DNA from: Acidobacteriota bacterium
GTDB lineage: Bacteria > Acidobacteriota > UBA6911
Length of the DNA: 64,000 nucleotides
Reading direction: 5' to 3'
Assembly (NCBI GenBank): GCA_963664705.1
Contig: OY761556.1
Coordinates: 4,192,001-4,256,000 of the forward strand
The notes under the pieces are model-generated. The model did no database searches. It had not been told where the DNA came from and saw only the letters and a program-made list of their open reading frames with translations. Positions 40,282 through 50,975 of the stretch are shown piece after piece (position 1 is the first letter of the stretch; each line of letters begins with the position of its first letter). Position numbers and translations under genes: made by a program.

Positions 40282-43200
40282 TCATTGATGCAGAACCACT
40301 GTCGCCTTGCGCTCAACCCTGGCCCAACCAACCGCGCCGCCGCGAATAGCAGCAAGCATGGATTTAATGGCAATGTAATACATGACCTGTCGGTACAGAA
40401 GGCGCTGCCAAAGCAACCAGAACAGCAATTTCCAATCCTCTTTCCGTTCCAAGGCAAATGCCACAATACAGGAAAGGTAATCTATCGCAAGAAACATCAG
40501 GTAATAGCCGGCCAGCCGCAGAAGATTTGAGCTGCTATATGAATTGCCGTGATAGTAGCGCTGCAGCTGGTAAATGCCGACGGACATCAGGACCAGCAGG
40601 TCCATCAATGGCGAAATTAACGGAAACAGCAATTGAAAGATCACAATATTGGGAAGTGCGATGAATCCCAGGGAGCCATAGCGGCGACGAAACAACGTGT
40701 CGCGGTGCTTCCAGACGGATTGAAGCGTTCCGAAACTCCAGCGGAATCGCTGTTTCAGGAAGTTGCGAAGGCTATGCGGCGCCTCGGTATACGCAATAGC
40801 TTTATCCTCGTAAGCAATGTCGTATCCCATACGGCGAATGGCAATTGTCAAATCCGTATCTTCGGCAAGCGTGTCATTGGTAAATCCGCCGGCTTTCAAT
40901 ACCAGCTCACGCCGCCAGGCCCCAATGGCGCCGGGAACAACAGTAATGCAGTTGAGTGCATCGAATGCACGCCGGTCCAGGTTTTGCGAGGTGATGTACT
41001 CCAGCGCCTGCCAGCGTGTAAGCATATTGATCCTGTTCCCGACCTTGGCATTGCCGGCCACCGCTCCTACTTCCTGCACCTCAAAGCGTCGTACCAACTT
41101 CTGGATTGTGTCCTTCTGGAAGAGCGTGTCTGCATCCATGGCGATCACAATGTCCGCCCTGGACTGGCTGATCCCATAATTCAGCGCTTCCGCCTTCCCC
41201 TGGTTCTCCCGCTGGAACAAACGCACGCGAGGATCTCCACCGAATGCGCGTTTGACTTCGGCTCCCGTAGCATCGGTTGAGCCGTCATCGACCACAATGA
41301 CTTCAAAGCTGGGATATTCGGAATGCAGCAGTGCGGCAAGGGTCCGGACAATTACCTTTTCTTCATTGCGAGCCGGGACAATGACGCTGACAAAGGGAGT
41401 GAATGAATCATTATAGCGTTCCCGATGACGAATGATCTCCTCGATCAGGGCAAGCGTTCCAATAAAAACGAATCGGCCAATGCCAAAAATGATGCCGATA
41501 ATAAACAGCCACTGGAAAGTCCTGTTTAGCGCCCCGAACAGCCAGAATGCAATCAGATCAAGGCGCGCTCTCCACAAATCGGAACTCGGAATAGGAGGCA
41601 TTACCTGGGCTCGAGTACGGCCGATCAAAGAGGCCAATGATACGATTTCGTATCCGCGCTTGCGCAGTTCGGTGATAATCCTCGGCAGGGCTTGCACGGT
41701 TGCAGACCGGTCCCCTCCAGCGTCGTGCAAAAGAAGGACATTCCCGCGGGTCGCATCGCTGAGCGTCGCTTCGACGATGCGATCGGGATCGCGAACATAC
41801 TCCCAATCTCGCGCATCGGGACGCTCCCCCACCAGCAGGTACCCCATCGCCTGGGCAACTTCCAACAACTGTACTTCGGAAGGCACCTCCGGTTCGGAGT
41901 CGAGGCTGTAGGGAGGCCGGAAGTACAGCGACTGAATCCCCAAGCGAGATTCAAACAGGCGTTGCGTGAGATTCAACTCGATTTCAACCTGCCGCACGGA
42001 ACTGCCATCGATGTTTGGATGCGTGAAGGTGTGGTTCCCTATCTCATGTCCTTCAGCAATCATCCTTTTGACCAGTCCGATATTCTCTTCCGCTGCCAGT
42101 CCGACCAGAAAAAAAATGCCGGGCGCCTTGTACTCCTTCAAAATATCAAGAATTTGCGGAGTGTACCGCGGATCAGGTCCATCATCGAACGAGATTGCCA
42201 TTTTCTTTGGGTGCCGGCCGTGGCGATCGAGCAGATACCCAAGGGGAATCCTGGGGAATGCTTCATCGGTAATCAAATTCAAATCCGGATTGAGCCTGAA
42301 GGTTCGCTGGCCCGTCCTGGGCGTTTCTTCGATACGGAGAAGCTCGCCATACCCGTTAAAGTCGATATCGTAGCCATAGGTAAGCAGCTTCATACGCTCG
42401 GCAACTTTTTCTTCCGTGTCGAACCGGCTGAAGACATGCCATGCGCTTGGATCCTCCAATCCGAGTCGCCACAAAGCATAGCCGCGCGGGGAAAATTTCT
42501 TTGTTTCCGAAATCTGGTTATAAATTGTAACTCCGTCCAGAAACCATACGTGATGAATCCGACGGTGTTCATCGTAGTAGTCGAACGTGGGGTTTAACGT
42601 ATCCGGATCCATTTCCGGATTGGCATCCGATTCCGCAGCGGTTCGCATAGCCTGCTGAAACGAGAGCGGAATGGATTCATATTTCTTGCCGCCCAATTCC
42701 GTCCAGTCATACCCATAGTTGGCCAGAGCAATGACCAGTTTGTTGGACGGAATGTCCTCGAGCCGTTTCTGAACGTTCTTCAGAAACCAGTCCTGAGGAG
42801 CCACCGGACCGGGAGGAGATGTTTCCCAATGCAAATCGTAATTCATCAGTACGATGAAATCGTTGACGCCCGCATAGTACTTGTAGTCAAAATCCGGAGA
42901 TGCCGCCGGAAGATCCTGGGAGACAAGAAGGTTTTGCGCGCGACACGCTTCATACAGTTCGCGCATAAAGGTACGCAAATGCGGCTGAGTGGCGCGCGGA
43001 ATATCCTCAAAATCGACGTTCACGCCAAGATAGCCATTCCTTTTCAGATACAGAGTGACATTTTCTATGAGCCGCCGTCTCGAATCGGGAGAGGCAAGAA
43101 CCTGTGCGACCAGGTTGCCCTGCCACACCTGCCCATTGAAGTTATTCAGGAGGGGCATGATCTTCACATCAATCTGCTCCCGCTTGATAAAATCGCGGAC

Positions 43201-43704
43201 AGCTCGGGCATTCTCCTCTTCATCCTTAATAATGACGCTGCCGTCGCCCCGGTCCGCTAACTGCAGCCACTCCGGCACCAACACATCCACATTGTCGTGG
43301 TGCTCGCGGAAAGCGGTCAGGCTGGGTGTATCCCAGTTCACGAAAAATGCCACCATGAGCGCCGTCGATTCATTGATCGAAGTATCGACCGGGTGTTGCC
43401 CGGGCGGAATCTCTTTCCCTTTATTCAGGTTATCAAGGCGCGCAATCATTCGGGAAAGCCGATGATTGCGCTGCTCCGCAATAGACAGCTTGGATTTGGT
43501 AGATTCCGGGATCGCGTGCAAAATCCTTCCCTGATAAGGGAGCTCCAGAGTGGCAAGACGAGGCCTGTTCAATACATTCAGAAGGAACGCCACAATCAGC
43601 GCGGCCAGAATAAGAGCAATGACAAAAAAGGCCTGGCGCCAACGCCACCAGCGCTTTTGAAAAGGATCGAAGAAAATCTGCCGACGAGGAGATTCTGACG
43701 TCAT
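40282..43704 (-). CDS. Trifunctional GH18 - CE4 polysaccharide deacetylase - GT2 polysaccharide synthase
   Basis: GH18 (GVNVDFE, MNYDLHW), NodB (SFDDGP, HTFTH, RPPY, LLHD), GT2 (DDGSTD, DADT, AED, QRFRW) and TM helices. Confidence 0.93.
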   Translation of the reverse strand: MTSESPRRQIFFDPFQKRWWRWRQAFFVIALILAALIVAFLLNVLNRPRLATLELPYQGRILHAIPESTKSKLSIAEQRNHRLSRMIARLDNLNKGKEIPPGQHPVDTSINESTALMVAFFVNWDTPSLTAFREHHDNVDVLVPEWLQLADRGDGSVIIKDEEENARAVRDFIKREQIDVKIMPLLNNFNGQVWQGNLVAQVLASPDSRRRLIENVTLYLKRNGYLGVNVDFEDIPRATQPHLRTFMRELYEACRAQNLLVSQDLPAASPDFDYKYYAGVNDFIVLMNYDLHWETSPPGPVAPQDWFLKNVQKRLEDIPSNKLVIALANYGYDWTELGGKKYESIPLSFQQAMRTAAESDANPEMDPDTLNPTFDYYDEHRRIHHVWFLDGVTIYNQISETKKFSPRGYALWRLGLEDPSAWHVFSRFDTEEKVAERMKLLTYGYDIDFNGYGELLRIEETPRTGQRTFRLNPDLNLITDEAFPRIPLGYLLDRHGRHPKKMAISFDDGPDPRYTPQILDILKEYKAPGIFFLVGLAAEENIGLVKRMIAEGHEIGNHTFTHPNIDGSSVRQVEIELNLTQRLFESRLGIQSLYFRPPYSLDSEPEVPSEVQLLEVAQAMGYLLVGERPDARDWEYVRDPDRIVEATLSDATRGNVLLLHDAGGDRSATVQALPRIITELRKRGYEIVSLASLIGRTRAQVMPPIPSSDLWRARLDLIAFWLFGALNRTFQWLFIIGIIFGIGRFVFIGTLALIEEIIRHRERYNDSFTPFVSVIVPARNEEKVIVRTLAALLHSEYPSFEVIVVDDGSTDATGAEVKRAFGGDPRVRLFQRENQGKAEALNYGISQSRADIVIAMDADTLFQKDTIQKLVRRFEVQEVGAVAGNAKVGNRINMLTRWQALEYITSQNLDRRAFDALNCITVVPGAIGAWRRELVLKAGGFTNDTLAEDTDLTIAIRRMGYDIAYEDKAIAYTEAPHSLRNFLKQRFRWSFGTLQSVWKHRDTLFRRRYGSLGFIALPNIVIFQLLFPLISPLMDLLVLMSVGIYQLQRYYHGNSYSSSNLLRLAGYYLMFLAIDYLSCIVAFALERKEDWKLLFWLLWQRLLYRQVMYYIAIKSMLAAIRGGAVGWARVERKATVVLHQ

Positions 43705-43832
43705 AAAGCATCACCCATCTTATTCTACTTTAATAAAGCCAATATTATAGCTCAGAGTGCCCTAATAGATGAGGATGGCGTTTTAATGGAGTCTTCGGCT
43801 CTGAATTGGCGCTGATGCTGCCGGGACAGCTG

Positions 43833-43886
43833 ATGCCGCATACTATTTGTCGAGGGGCGCGCCTTTTTGCAAATAATCCGCGGCAT
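43833..43886. terminator. Long imperfect hairpin downstream of the TonB receptor
   Basis: ATGCCGC..TATTTG..GAGGGGCG/CGCCTTTT..CAAATA..GCGGCAT. Confidence 0.5.
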
Positions 43887-43967
43887 TAGCCGGAAATGGC
43901 GGCGCCATTGTATTACCTGGAGATTATGGTTTTTTATCCGCCTGGCCGACACAATGCAGTCAATGGA

Positions 43968-46900
43968 TTACCATTCCATTCTTACCCCGAACTGAACAAC
44001 CCTGGGAGTCCCGGTAACGGTTGTTACATAGCCAAACGTTGTTGCATTCCCTAAGTTGGTATTCGGGTCGGCAAAGTGATGCCGGTTGAAGACATTCAAA
44101 AATTCCGCCCGCAACTGCAGTTTTGATGATTCTGCAATCCTGAGGTTCTTGATCAACCCCAGGTCTTCATTGGCATATCCAAAACCGCGCAGTTCCGCGT
44201 AGAACCTCTTCCCATTGCCCAATTGGTGCCCACCCGGATTGGAAAATGCCGTCGGATTGAAATATCGATTCGCCGGTGCATTTTGCACCTTCGGATTGAA
44301 CCGCGTGCTGTCAAACTGGCCATTCAGATCGGCGTGAGGATCAAAATTGGCGTATACAGCCCCCTCCCACCCCGGATACCAGACGCTGGAATAGACCGCC
44401 AGGGGATTCCCCGAGTTGTATCGAAAAATGCCCGTAATGTTCCACCCCGATATGACCGAGTTCAGAATGCGATTGGTCCCGGCAGAAATCCTGCGGCCTT
44501 TCCCAAAAGGGAGCTGCATCGAGATCTGTCCCTTGAATATGTGCTTTTGATCGTAGCTGACCACGGTTCGCGCAGATTCCGACAGATCATACATGTCCTG
44601 GATGCCACCACTCGGATCCCATGTCTCATCGAATCCTGTTTCAGCATTTCCGACCGCCCTGGACAGGCTATAGGAAAGTTGGAATGACATATTGCTGGAG
44701 GATCTTCGCGTAACCGACACATGCAGGGCCTTATAGCCTGAGGATCCTGCCGGTGTCCCCGCAAAGTAGACCGGCCCGCCTGTTTCTGAAGCGATATGGG
44801 GGTAGGGTTGAAGCGCAACGCCGGCAAAATTGGAAAATCCGGCATATGGGTAAGCCACGCCCGCGGCCGATGCACTATCCGCATCCCACACCCAGGCCCA
44901 TGGGTCTACCAGAGGATTCTCATAGGACTCTCTGCGCGGTTGATTGCGGCGCAATGACCCGTTGTGCAGCCTCCTTCCCTGATTGCCCATGAATACCGCT
45001 TCCACAATCGTGTCTCTGCCGGGCTCGAACTGCACTCCGAAATTGTATTGATGAACATATCCGGAAAAGAGGCTGCGCGGATCAATGGAGACCATTCCAT
45101 ACACCAGGGAATTGGAGTCTTTGGACGGAGCTTGATAGTTATCAGGATAGCCACTATCCCAATTGAACCGGGGCAGATTCTGCGTGGCTTTCTGAAGATT
45201 CGTTCCGCGATATCCAGGAGCAAAACCATAGGGGACGCCGCTCCAGTAATTCATTCCCGGAGCAATGAAGGAGATCCCATATCCCGCGCGCGCAACAAAG
45301 CGGCTATTGAATCGATAGGCCGTCCCGATTCGTGGCCCAAACTCCTTCCAATCCCGCACCTTTTCGAAGGTGTCTCCAGGGCTGTCCAGAAATTCCAACG
45401 CGCCGGCTACGTTCAGATTCGTATTCTTGAGCTCGGGATTGAAGCTGGCCCAACGCCCATATTTTTCTCTCAAAGGCTGTGGCTGTTCCCACCGCAAACC
45501 CATATTGAGCGTCCAGGCATTGCGGACACGGTAGTTATCCTGAAAGAAGATACCCACATATTTCCTCCGGCCATACAGGTCGAAAGGAACCGTCTTGCTT
45601 CCGCTTTCCGCTTCTCCCAGGAAGAAACTGGCAAAGCCGAATCCCGTGCGATTGGACCATGAATAGCCGGGAATACCTGTTTGCGTGGAGGAAAACCCAA
45701 AGTTCAAGGTATCGAGACCGGCATGGCTATTCATCTGCTGCCCCCAGAATTCGCCGCCAATCTTTATGCTATGAGACCCGTGAATCCAATCCACCGTTCC
45801 GGAGGTTACGAAATTTTCGGCTACGGAATAGTTGGAGCTTCCATAGCCGACGTCGGTAGTTTTGATTCCGTTTACCGCAGACCCAAAGCTGATCTCCGGA
45901 AAAAGGCCGGATCCGGTGGAGCCCTGAAGCCCAAGATAGTACTGCCATTTACCATCCGCCTGGGCCGAAAGGCTCGGGTTTCGATACCTGTTATAGACAA
46001 ACGAACCCGTCCCCACCACATTGGGGCTGATATTCCAGTTCGCCGTCAGTCTCAACGCGCGGCTGGTGACTTCCTGCTTTCGCGCGCGGGCCAGAGGACC
46101 GCCGGCTGCTTCAGGCGCAAGAGGATCCCAAATGCCGCCCTGATCCAGCAGTATTCTCGGCCGCTCGGTCCAGATGAGTGATCCTGTCAATTTAAGTGCG
46201 GGCGTTATCGTGTGATCCACCTTCAGAGTCAATTGGCTCTGGTGAAACCATGGGCTTTCATATTGCGGCCCCGCAGAGTTGTTGGTCAACACCCCCTCGA
46301 TCATCGGTTTGTATTGTGCCCTGAAAAGATCGATGACCCTGCCGGATACAGCGCTCATTCGTTTGAGCGGAATGCGGTTGTTCGGAAAGGGATCGGACAC
46401 CCAGCTGCTGCCGACCCGGCGCATCGTCAGTGGATCAAAAATCTGGCCGGCATAGATAGCCCGACCGAGCACATCCCTGGCAATCTCCGTAGTGGTCAGC
46501 AAACGGCTAAAATCCCCGTCCAGGAATTCCGGAATCGGCACGGTTCGATTCAACGCCCCTACCTGTGTCTGCTGCTGTCGGAAATGCTCAAAGGCGCCAA
46601 AAATCAAAGTCCTGCTTCTTCCATCATATAAGCCAGGAAGAAAAACCGGCCCGCCCGCACTACCCCCAAAAACCAGTTGTCGGTCTCTTGCCCGCTGGTA
46701 CAGCGGATTTCTCGGGTCCTGGCTCTTCTGCCAATTATTCATCCAGGTATTGGCGTTGAGCGCTTCATTGCGGCCAAGGTAATAGGCGCCGCCGTTGAAC
46801 GTATTGGTTCCGTGCGCCAGTGCAAAATTGAATACTCCGCCGCCGGCATGTCCATATTCGGCAGAGAGCCCGCCGGTTTGAATGCTGAATGCCTGAATCG

Positions 46901-47576
46901 ATTCCATCGTGGGGCTCGATTCAAAAACGTTCCCCTGAATCTGCGACGTGGCGGAGAGGCCGTCAATCAACACTTCCTTTGTAAATGCCGGAGCCCCTGC
47001 AATGTGAGAACTCCATCCATTCCCTTCCACGGCAGGTGAAAGCGCGTAAGCAAAGCTCTCCACCAGGCGCCCCCCGGAAATGGTGAGCGGCAGATTCCTG
47101 ATTACCGCTCCCTCGATGGCGGTCGCCAACAGGGAATCTTCCGATCGCAGCAATGCCAGATCCGATGTGATGGAAATGGTCTCCTGAATCTCGCCGGTCT
47201 CCAGCAAAACATCGATTCGAATTGTTTGGGCTACGGGAACTGCAAAGCGGGGCTGATCTGCGGTCTTGAATCCTTTCATCTCGACAGTCAGCTTGTACAA
47301 TCCCGCCGGCAGATTGCGAACCGCATAAAACCCCGTATCATCCGAAAGGGCTTCATTCGAAGCGCCGGATTCCAGGCTGGCAATGGCTATATGCGCTTTG
47401 GGAATCACTGCCCCGCTACGGTCCGTTATTCGCCCGACAACACCGCCGCGATCCACCTGCGCCATAGCCTCAGGCAACAAAGCGCTCAGCAGCAACAGGA
47501 GAAAAGTCAATGAAAGTGCCCTGGCGACAGTTCGCGACTGTCGCCCGACAAAGCCCGAGGCGTCTGCACTGGACAT
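43968..47576 (-). CDS. TonB-dependent receptor with carboxypeptidase-regulatory-like N-terminus (Acidobacteria type)
   Basis: GRITDRSGAVIP, SAEYG, RNEALNAN, FFQDNYRV...LNMGLRWE, RAEFLNVFN, C-terminal PRVVQFGVRMEW. Start at MSSADA (SD GAGG). Confidence 0.93.
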   Translation of the reverse strand: MSSADASGFVGRQSRTVARALSLTFLLLLLSALLPEAMAQVDRGGVVGRITDRSGAVIPKAHIAIASLESGASNEALSDDTGFYAVRNLPAGLYKLTVEMKGFKTADQPRFAVPVAQTIRIDVLLETGEIQETISITSDLALLRSEDSLLATAIEGAVIRNLPLTISGGRLVESFAYALSPAVEGNGWSSHIAGAPAFTKEVLIDGLSATSQIQGNVFESSPTMESIQAFSIQTGGLSAEYGHAGGGVFNFALAHGTNTFNGGAYYLGRNEALNANTWMNNWQKSQDPRNPLYQRARDRQLVFGGSAGGPVFLPGLYDGRSRTLIFGAFEHFRQQQTQVGALNRTVPIPEFLDGDFSRLLTTTEIARDVLGRAIYAGQIFDPLTMRRVGSSWVSDPFPNNRIPLKRMSAVSGRVIDLFRAQYKPMIEGVLTNNSAGPQYESPWFHQSQLTLKVDHTITPALKLTGSLIWTERPRILLDQGGIWDPLAPEAAGGPLARARKQEVTSRALRLTANWNISPNVVGTGSFVYNRYRNPSLSAQADGKWQYYLGLQGSTGSGLFPEISFGSAVNGIKTTDVGYGSSNYSVAENFVTSGTVDWIHGSHSIKIGGEFWGQQMNSHAGLDTLNFGFSSTQTGIPGYSWSNRTGFGFASFFLGEAESGSKTVPFDLYGRRKYVGIFFQDNYRVRNAWTLNMGLRWEQPQPLREKYGRWASFNPELKNTNLNVAGALEFLDSPGDTFEKVRDWKEFGPRIGTAYRFNSRFVARAGYGISFIAPGMNYWSGVPYGFAPGYRGTNLQKATQNLPRFNWDSGYPDNYQAPSKDSNSLVYGMVSIDPRSLFSGYVHQYNFGVQFEPGRDTIVEAVFMGNQGRRLHNGSLRRNQPRRESYENPLVDPWAWVWDADSASAAGVAYPYAGFSNFAGVALQPYPHIASETGGPVYFAGTPAGSSGYKALHVSVTRRSSSNMSFQLSYSLSRAVGNAETGFDETWDPSGGIQDMYDLSESARTVVSYDQKHIFKGQISMQLPFGKGRRISAGTNRILNSVISGWNITGIFRYNSGNPLAVYSSVWYPGWEGAVYANFDPHADLNGQFDSTRFNPKVQNAPANRYFNPTAFSNPGGHQLGNGKRFYAELRGFGYANEDLGLIKNLRIAESSKLQLRAEFLNVFNRHHFADPNTNLGNATTFGYVTTVTGTPRVVQFGVRMEW

Positions 47577-47583
47577 GATTACC

Positions 47584-48537
47584 TCACTCTGGAGCGGAAG
47601 CAGGTGTTGACGGTCCGATAGAAATTGCTTTGGCTTCGCGGTAGGCGTGCCGGCATGCTTCCACTTGATATGCCGGGCCAAGAGCGTAGGCCGCGCTAGC
47701 CAAAAACCATATGAACCAGGTGAGGGAGCTATATGGCCAGGGAATATAGTTATGGTTGGTAGTAGCCCATAATCCGATATCTCCGAGAGATGTAAACAGA
47801 ATCCCCACGGAAAACGCCCCCCAGGACTTGGCAAGTAATCCCCAGCCCGTCTGAACGGCAGAGCGCCGAATCAATATCGCCTCCAGAAGGAGTACGCAGA
47901 GAAGCAGATCGCTGGGCCAGGCCAGTATCTTGTATAGATCATAGGGGGCGTACAGCCCAACGATCTCCTTCGCAATCTCATAGATCTGTCGCAAGGTAAA
48001 AGCAATGACGGCGGAAATGAGGAGGATATCCATTGGCCGCAGGCGGGTGAGTATGCGAAGTCTCCGCAGCATCTTCACGACCCGAAAGAGTCCGACCGCC
48101 AGAATCGCCATGCTAAGCGGGCCGCCAAGGATCAATCCGAATTGCTTGCATGCCTGATAGTAGGCCGCATTCCGGGCACCCCACAGGATATAAACAGGAT
48201 TCAAGTAGGACTCGGTACACAGGATCTGGCTGAAGATATATCCAATGAAGCGATAGAGAGAAGCGAGCACAATGAAAAGCCACGCGGTATACATTGGCTC
48301 GCCGCGTGAAAACTGGCGAAATGAGGTCCAGGCAAGGAGCAACTCCGCGGCGGCACAAAGAACAAAGAACAGACTGCCCTGGTATTGAAAAAACAGATCG
48401 ATTCGGGCGTTATTGCCCTCAATGCGCCAGAGCAGGAAAATGACGCCGCAGACGATCATGTGAACAGCGGTAACCCAAAGGATGCCGTCCACGATCGGCG
48501 TGTGCACCTTGTTGATACTTCCAGGATTCCTGATCAC
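47584..48537 (-). CDS. Polytopic membrane protein (about 8 TM), unknown function
   Basis: Hydrophobic segments. GTGA overlap with the anti-sigma stop. Confidence 0.75.
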   Translation of the reverse strand: MIRNPGSINKVHTPIVDGILWVTAVHMIVCGVIFLLWRIEGNNARIDLFFQYQGSLFFVLCAAAELLLAWTSFRQFSRGEPMYTAWLFIVLASLYRFIGYIFSQILCTESYLNPVYILWGARNAAYYQACKQFGLILGGPLSMAILAVGLFRVVKMLRRLRILTRLRPMDILLISAVIAFTLRQIYEIAKEIVGLYAPYDLYKILAWPSDLLLCVLLLEAILIRRSAVQTGWGLLAKSWGAFSVGILFTSLGDIGLWATTNHNYIPWPYSSLTWFIWFLASAAYALGPAYQVEACRHAYREAKAISIGPSTPASAPE

Positions 48538-49013
48538 GATATGGACGATCCTTTGATCCGCACTAATCTGGATTCAATTGCTTTCGCGCTCTTTTTCCCA
48601 AGCAGAGTCCGCAGCAGGGCATCGGCAGATTCCAGCCCGTCATATGCGTGTGCGCCGGGCGCCACCTGCCCGGTAAGGACGGCCGCCGCCGCCCGCTTCC
48701 CCAAATAAACCTCCAGCACAGCCGCCATCTGCTTCCTGGCATCATCCGAACCCGGCGCCATTCGAATGGTATTCTGCATACTTTCAGCCAGTTCGGCTTT
48801 CGAAATGCCGGTTTCAATTGCGGCGTTCAGAGCTGAGAGGTGTGTCCATTCCTGACTGATTTGAGCTGCCTTTGACTGACACTCAAAACAGCGCTGGAGA
48901 TGGTCATGGATACGCGCCCGGACTTTGTCACTAACCTCGCCGTCATGATAGGCGATAAGCAGCCGCTCGCCGGGGTGTTGCCACAAATGCAGCCAGATGT
49001 GAGGGAAAGTCAT
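48534..49013 (-). CDS. Zinc-binding anti-sigma factor (zf-HC2)
   Basis: H...LIAYHDGE...HLQRCFEC. ATGA overlap with the sigma gene. Confidence 0.85.
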   Translation of the reverse strand: MTFPHIWLHLWQHPGERLLIAYHDGEVSDKVRARIHDHLQRCFECQSKAAQISQEWTHLSALNAAIETGISKAELAESMQNTIRMAPGSDDARKQMAAVLEVYLGKRAAAAVLTGQVAPGAHAYDGLESADALLRTLLGKKSAKAIESRLVRIKGSSIS

Positions 49014-49597
49014 TCTGAACTCCTTATAAATAGGTTGCTGTGACGCATCTTTCTTAATGCTCGTGCAAGCAACGCCGAGACCGTTCCAGATCGGATTTCA
49101 AGCATTTGCGCGATCTCGTCATACCCAAAGCCTTCAAGACGCAACTGCATGCACTCTCTTTCCCGCGGAGAAAGCTCCGAGAGAGCCCTGCGGAAATTCT
49201 CATGATGCTGGTATGCAGCTTCCAAATCCTGCCGGACGTCGATTACCTGAGCGGCGGCTTCCAGGTCCATGGATGCCCTGGAATAGTCTTTGCGTTTGCA
49301 ATCCACCAGATAGTTGCGCAAAACACGGAAAAGCCACGCACGTACATTCTCGATTTGCTGTCCATCTGCCCGAATAAGGAAATATCGCAGAAAAACCTCC
49401 TGGATACCATCCTGTGCAATGGCGCGATCACGAGTCATGGCAATAGCATAGCGTGATAATGAGGACGAGTGCTTATTCAGCATCTCGAGCACTTCCGCTT
49501 CCAGCTTTTCCCTGTGGGCATCGTGGCGCAAGTCCTTTACAGACACCTCTTCAGTCAGGCTGGAGACAGCATTGATGAGACCTTTGTCGGAAGTCAT
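49010..49597 (-). CDS. ECF RNA polymerase sigma factor
   Basis: AQDGIQEVFLR, RAWLFRVLRN, LSPRERECMQLR...YDEIA. Confidence 0.93.
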   Translation of the reverse strand: MTSDKGLINAVSSLTEEVSVKDLRHDAHREKLEAEVLEMLNKHSSSLSRYAIAMTRDRAIAQDGIQEVFLRYFLIRADGQQIENVRAWLFRVLRNYLVDCKRKDYSRASMDLEAAAQVIDVRQDLEAAYQHHENFRRALSELSPRERECMQLRLEGFGYDEIAQMLEIRSGTVSALLARALRKMRHSNLFIRSSE

Positions 49598-50308
49598 ACC
49601 TGCGGGAAACCTCTACATCCCGAAATAGATCAATCTCTGAAACCTCGAAGCCATGGGGGATATCCATTCATCATAATACAAAGACATCGGCCGGCAACTG
49701 GTTTTTCCGTATTGGAGATTTGATCCACAAAAATATTTTTCTCCGTGTAATGAAAATGCTCAATCCATACGTCTTACTATAATGGGCAAATTTCATCGAT
49801 CGCGGTCAGGTGAGGGAGGCGAATGACACGCAGCGGGATATAGAATACAGGATGATCGTTCGACGGGCAATCAAATGTATCGAAGTTGCTTATTCCCTTT
49901 ATTTTATGGGATTGTCCCGGTATAGGCTCTGACCATCAATGGAAGAGTCCCAAGCTGTGGATATCCGGCTGCATCTCATACATAGTATTCATTTGACTCC
50001 CGGCGGGTATCCGATGATGATAATTTACTAATGTCCCGATCAGCGCACGCCGAATTAGGAAGTTTGTTTTGATCATAAAATTACCCCCGGCATTATGTAA
50101 AGAAAATACCTGCTTCCTGCGTCTTATCTGAGAGGGCAAATTCCAAGCTCGCGAGGAAAGCCCGCATATGGGTTGCCGGACTGAATCCCCAGTTTTCACC
50201 CCTGCCAATCATTCCAGAAAAAAGAATTAATGTTCTAAACACTCGATACCGATAAAGGGCATATGGAGTAGTAGGCATATTTTTGATTGCGCGTGTTGGG
50301 GCCCCCGG

Positions 50309-50965
50309 GTGCCATCCTCAACACCTGACCGGAATATGTCAGTGCATCAACAACCATGCCCGCAGCTTGGCAGGGCGGGCCAGAGTTGGAGCAAAAACGT
50401 GTCAACATTCAATAGGGATCGCGACGACGGTTTCAGCCTGATTGAGATAGCTATCTGCCTCATGTTCATGTGTGTCCTGGGCGGGATTGCAGTCTTGAAC
50501 ATGAATGGAATTATGCCGGGTCTGAAGGCAAACAAGGCGATGTATCAAACGATCGCTCAATTGCGTCGCGGGAGAGAACTGGCAATTTCTCAGCGTCGAC
50601 TGATCGAGCTGCAATTCAACTCGACCAATCAGATTCAGCTCCTGCGTATTGAAGAACCGGCTCATACAAAAACGTTGATTGCCACGGCCACGCTTGATGG
50701 TCACTGCGAATTCAGGAAATTCAGCAGCATCGGGTCAGACACTCCGGACGGCTTTGGCAACAGCAGCGCGATCGACTTCGGAAGCGCAGACAAGCTGATT
50801 TTCTCAACCGAGGGAACATTGATCGACGAATCGGGTGATCCCGTCAGCGGCACTGTCTTCCTCGGCATTGATCAACACCCGGAGGCGGCACGGGCCGTTA
50901 CGGTCCTCGGATCGACCGGGCGTATCAAAAGCTATCGATGGGCAGGAGACAAATGGATTCCCTGA
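50309..50965 (+). CDS. FimT/GspH-like prepilin (start uncertain, possibly ATG 50335-50337 region)
   Basis: Class III signal G|FSLIE, RELAISQRR, C-terminal VTVLGSTGRIK. Confidence 0.85.
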   Translation: MPSSTPDRNMSVHQQPCPQLGRAGQSWSKNVSTFNRDRDDGFSLIEIAICLMFMCVLGGIAVLNMNGIMPGLKANKAMYQTIAQLRRGRELAISQRRLIELQFNSTNQIQLLRIEEPAHTKTLIATATLDGHCEFRKFSSIGSDTPDGFGNSSAIDFGSADKLIFSTEGTLIDESGDPVSGTVFLGIDQHPEAARAVTVLGSTGRIKSYRWAGDKWIP

Positions 50966-50975
50966 AGAGGAACAC

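Noticed and set aside
47577-47834. N-terminal extension of the TonB receptor ORF
   Set aside because: It overlaps the upstream membrane gene, while ATG 47576 has an SD and a signal peptide.
50130-50185. Possible c-di-GMP-I riboswitch (GGCAAA...AAAGCCC...GGGTTGCCG) upstream of the pilins
   Set aside because: It is too short and lacks a clear GNRA-capped P2, the GACGCAAAG junction and a tetraloop receptor. An Rfam scan would settle it.
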